This document shows, piece after piece, positions 61,391 through 64,000 of a stretch of 64,000 nucleotides of DNA; position 1 is the first letter of the stretch; every line of letters begins with the position of its first letter. The position numbers and the translations under genes were made by a program. The notes under the pieces were generated by a model that saw only the letters and a list, made by a program, of their open reading frames with translations, was not told the origin of the DNA and did not search any database. Origin of the DNA: Fibrobacterales bacterium (GTDB lineage: Bacteria > Fibrobacterota > Fibrobacteria > Fibrobacterales > JAOPTW01); the NCBI GenBank assembly GCA_051532035.1, contig JAOPTW010000015.1, positions 96,001 through 160,000 of the forward strand. The letters are read 5' to 3'.

Positions 61391-62833
61391 TTGAACCCTG
61401 AATTACACTTTGATATTCTCAGTAAGCTTGAAAAAGCAGAGACAACCGCCACTCTCAATAGTGTTTTACAGAGCTTTTTAAAAAATCACCATACTATCGA
61501 AGAGTACCTCTTTGTGTCTGTAAAATCCGAGAGCGAACCACCGGAACTATTGGTCGCGTCGGGCAACAAAGAACTATTAACCGACACCATTCGAAACTGG
61601 CTCTACGGCATTGACAGCACTATTCAAATAGCCCGTGAGCACGACACCACCCTTATCACATTAGGAAGAGTCGGCCCAAGTAACCTTTATCTATTTTACA
61701 ATACACCTTACATGCCCGAGCAAGAAGCCTTTGATGAGATACGCTACACCGCCCGCCTCTGGTACAGCTTCTTTGACAAATTTCAAACCAGCCTCAAGCT
61801 AAAGAAAACCAGTGATCAGATCACTACTATCAAAAACATTGGCCTCGAAATTGCTCGAGACTCAGACAACCAAAACATTCTCTCTAATATTTTAAAGAGT
61901 ATTATTGCAACCGCACATGCCGAGAAAGGATTCATTATGCTCTATGATGAACAGGCCAACCTTTTAAAGCTCGATGTCGTTCACGGACTCCCCAACCCCA
62001 AAGCCGAAGAGATGATCAACAAGGGACTCCTCTCTACTGATGGCATTAAACCAGGAGAGGGCATTCAAGGCAAAGTGTTCCTCATTAAAAAAGCAATGAA
62101 AATCAGTGAGGCAAGTGAAGCCCTCAATGGTGGCCCCTCTGAAAACCAGTCGATTATCTGTGTGCCCCTCTGTATTAATGATCAAGCATTTGGCGTCGTC
62201 TATGTGACTAATAAAAAAGAGAGCGGTGACTTTGATGCCTTTGACCTGGACCTTGTAACAATTCTTGCCAACAATGTCGCATCCCTTGTGTACCAAGCAA
62301 AATTGATGAAGGCCTCCATTACCGACCCTTTAACAGGCATGTATACTCGACGGCATTTTGAGAGCAAATTAAAGCATGAAATTAAGCGTTCAGCGCGCTA
62401 CTCCAGACCGCTGTCAGTACTCGCCCTGGATATTGATCATTTTAAAAAGGTCAATGATACGTACGGGCATCAGGCAGGGGATGAAGTCTTAAAAAATGTG
62501 ACTACTATTATTAATCAAACGATTCGTATTGGGATCGACCTTGCAGCACGGTTTGGCGGAGAGGAGTTCTTTATCTTTCTTCCTGAGTCGACCCTCGAAG
62601 GGGCAATTGTTGTAGCAGAGCGGATTCGAGAGCGAGTTGAAGCACTGATCACAGAACACAACTACACCAACATACAGACTACCATCAGCCTTGGCGTTTC
62701 TCACATGCCAGAACATGCTGAGCAGTATGACCTCCTCTTGTCTCGGGCCGACGAAGCACTCTATGACAGTAAAAAAAGCTCAAGAAACTGTACAACCGTA
62801 TGGAAAAAAAGAGAGAGTTCCATCCCTGTTTAA
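61391..62833 (+). CDS. GAF-GGDEF diguanylate cyclase
   Basis: GAF (G.GI.G.V, CVPL, NKK...F...D), DPLTG, DIDHFK.VND.YGH..GD and RFGGEEF. Confidence 0.93.
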   Translation: MNPELHFDILSKLEKAETTATLNSVLQSFLKNHHTIEEYLFVSVKSESEPPELLVASGNKELLTDTIRNWLYGIDSTIQIAREHDTTLITLGRVGPSNLYLFYNTPYMPEQEAFDEIRYTARLWYSFFDKFQTSLKLKKTSDQITTIKNIGLEIARDSDNQNILSNILKSIIATAHAEKGFIMLYDEQANLLKLDVVHGLPNPKAEEMINKGLLSTDGIKPGEGIQGKVFLIKKAMKISEASEALNGGPSENQSIICVPLCINDQAFGVVYVTNKKESGDFDAFDLDLVTILANNVASLVYQAKLMKASITDPLTGMYTRRHFESKLKHEIKRSARYSRPLSVLALDIDHFKKVNDTYGHQAGDEVLKNVTTIINQTIRIGIDLAARFGGEEFFIFLPESTLEGAIVVAERIRERVEALITEHNYTNIQTTISLGVSHMPEHAEQYDLLLSRADEALYDSKKSSRNCTTVWKKRESSIPV

Positions 62834-62932
62834 AGCCCATAGAGTGATTATTTATGTAAAATAGTCTCTCTTATGGCCTTTACTTACCTTTCGACCTTTA
62901 GCCTTACCCATCCAAAAGCTATCTTTACCCCT

Positions 62933-63289
62933 ATGAGAATAGCAAAATCATTTACCTTCGACGCCGCACATTTTTTACCTAACGTCCCTGATGGGCACAA
63001 GTGTAAAAACCTCCATGGACACACTTACAAAGTTGAGATAGAACTTGATGGTCCCGTAGACCCTGTAACGGGATTTGTTATGGATTTTGGCGACCTTAAA
63101 GCGGTGGTAAAGCCACTGGTTGACCTTTTGGATCACCGATTTTTAAATGACATTGCAGGACTTGAAAATTCAACTGCTGAAAATCTCAGCATCTGGCTTT
63201 GGAACAAGCTCGAAGGCGACCTTCCTCTGCTGTATTGTATCTCTATTTGGGAAACACCGACATCATGCTGTCGGTATTTGGGAGTCTAG
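62933..63289 (+). CDS. queD: 6-carboxytetrahydropterin synthase
   Basis: F.FDAAH.L....HKC..LHGH.Y, DH..LN, TAEN and WET. Confidence 0.95.
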   Translation: MRIAKSFTFDAAHFLPNVPDGHKCKNLHGHTYKVEIELDGPVDPVTGFVMDFGDLKAVVKPLVDLLDHRFLNDIAGLENSTAENLSIWLWNKLEGDLPLLYCISIWETPTSCCRYLGV

Positions 63290-64000
63290 CTTCTTTTCTT
63301 TCGTGTAAAACGTGAAGTGGTATCTCTGAGACGTTCAATAACCTCGAAGTCTACTTCGCCTTTCATTGGGTTTGCTTTAAGAACTTCAATACGAACCCGA
63401 TCTCCCATTTGATAGACTGCACCGTTTCGTTTACCCACTGCAATTTTCTTATCAGGATCGAAGATATAGAAGTCGCCCGGAACATTTTGATAGCGTACAA
63501 GCCCTTCTGCGCCAAGGTCATCGAGTTCGATAAACATTCCAAAGTCCGTGAGACCACTCACAGAACCCAAAAATTCATCACCCACTTTATCCATGAGAAT
63601 CCAAGCCATACAGCACTTCTTGGCTGCACGTTCATTTTTCATATTAAAAATTTCAGCAGCTGAGATTGATTCTGATATTTCTGTTGCTTTTGTCTCTAAT
63701 GCAGTGGTACCCGTTTTTTGATGACTTAGGAAGTCTGCTATTTGCCTATGTACCCACAGGTCGGCATAGCGCCTAATAGGAGAAGTAAAATGGAGATAAT
63801 CTTGCCAATTGAGGGCAAAGTGCCCATCAGGAGTTGAAGCATACCGCGCTTTTTTCATTGAACGAAGTACTTTATAAATAACGACCGTTTCACCATCAGC
63901 CTCTTTACTCATATGCTCATACAATGAGAATACTTCTGGCTGAACATTGCCGTCATCTTTCCACAGCTTTTTCAATTTACCGAGAGGCACCCCATAGTCT
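63286..64000 (-). CDS. rnr: Ribonuclease R (3' part)
   Basis: HF.L....Y.HFTSPIRRY.DL..HR plus an S1 domain; continues beyond the window. Confidence 0.93.
   Translation of the reverse strand, partial: DYGVPLGKLKKLWKDDGNVQPEVFSLYEHMSKEADGETVVIYKVLRSMKKARYASTPDGHFALNWQDYLHFTSPIRRYADLWVHRQIADFLSHQKTGTTALETKATEISESISAAEIFNMKNERAAKKCCMAWILMDKVGDEFLGSVSGLTDFGMFIELDDLGAEGLVRYQNVPGDFYIFDPDKKIAVGKRNGAVYQMGDRVRIEVLKANPMKGEVDFEVIERLRDTTSRFTRKKRS

Noticed and set aside
23..63663. Many short ORFs nested in or antisense to identified genes
   Set aside because: No motifs or RBS, and fully explained by the overlapping real genes.

Overview
Chromosomal window (roughly 40% GC by eye) from a diderm bacterium, most likely Fibrobacterota. 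This assignment rests on a TIGR02147-like regulator paired with a 'GTEAGN' lipoprotein, Ser-linker lipoproteins, and a SpeA resembling FCB-group enzymes. In order, the window holds: (1) a dcw cluster, mraZ-rsmH-ftsL-ftsI-murE-murF-[MurD-like]-ftsW-murG-murC', which lacks mraY, carries a truncated MurD-like protein stripped of catalytic motifs, and has an FtsI with a very short head region; (2) a TSP3-repeat lipoprotein with a degenerate OmpA-like domain, an orphan fliN, a DUF3859-like gene and a GT-C/NPCBM fusion; (3) bamA (large POTRA3 insertion)-skp-lpxD-lpxC-fabZ-lpxA; (4) tRNA-Arg(UCG) followed by an accessory-looking block with arsR-arsP-thioredoxin, czcI-like-czcCBA-PII, a GH-A lipoprotein, a hybrid kinase and the TIGR02147 pair; (5) housekeeping and signalling genes: yigZ, rpsT, M50 protease, cysQ, EAL-HDOD, HK-RR-beta-propeller operon, metA, speA, serC, queF, hisS, ferredoxin, HD-GYP, nadD, pssA, gyrA, surE, pilD, GGDEF, queD and partial rnr. 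I saw no CRISPR, IS element or integrase. All calls come from reading motifs by eye; no searches were run. The best candidate for an undescribed system is the remodelled dcw cluster.
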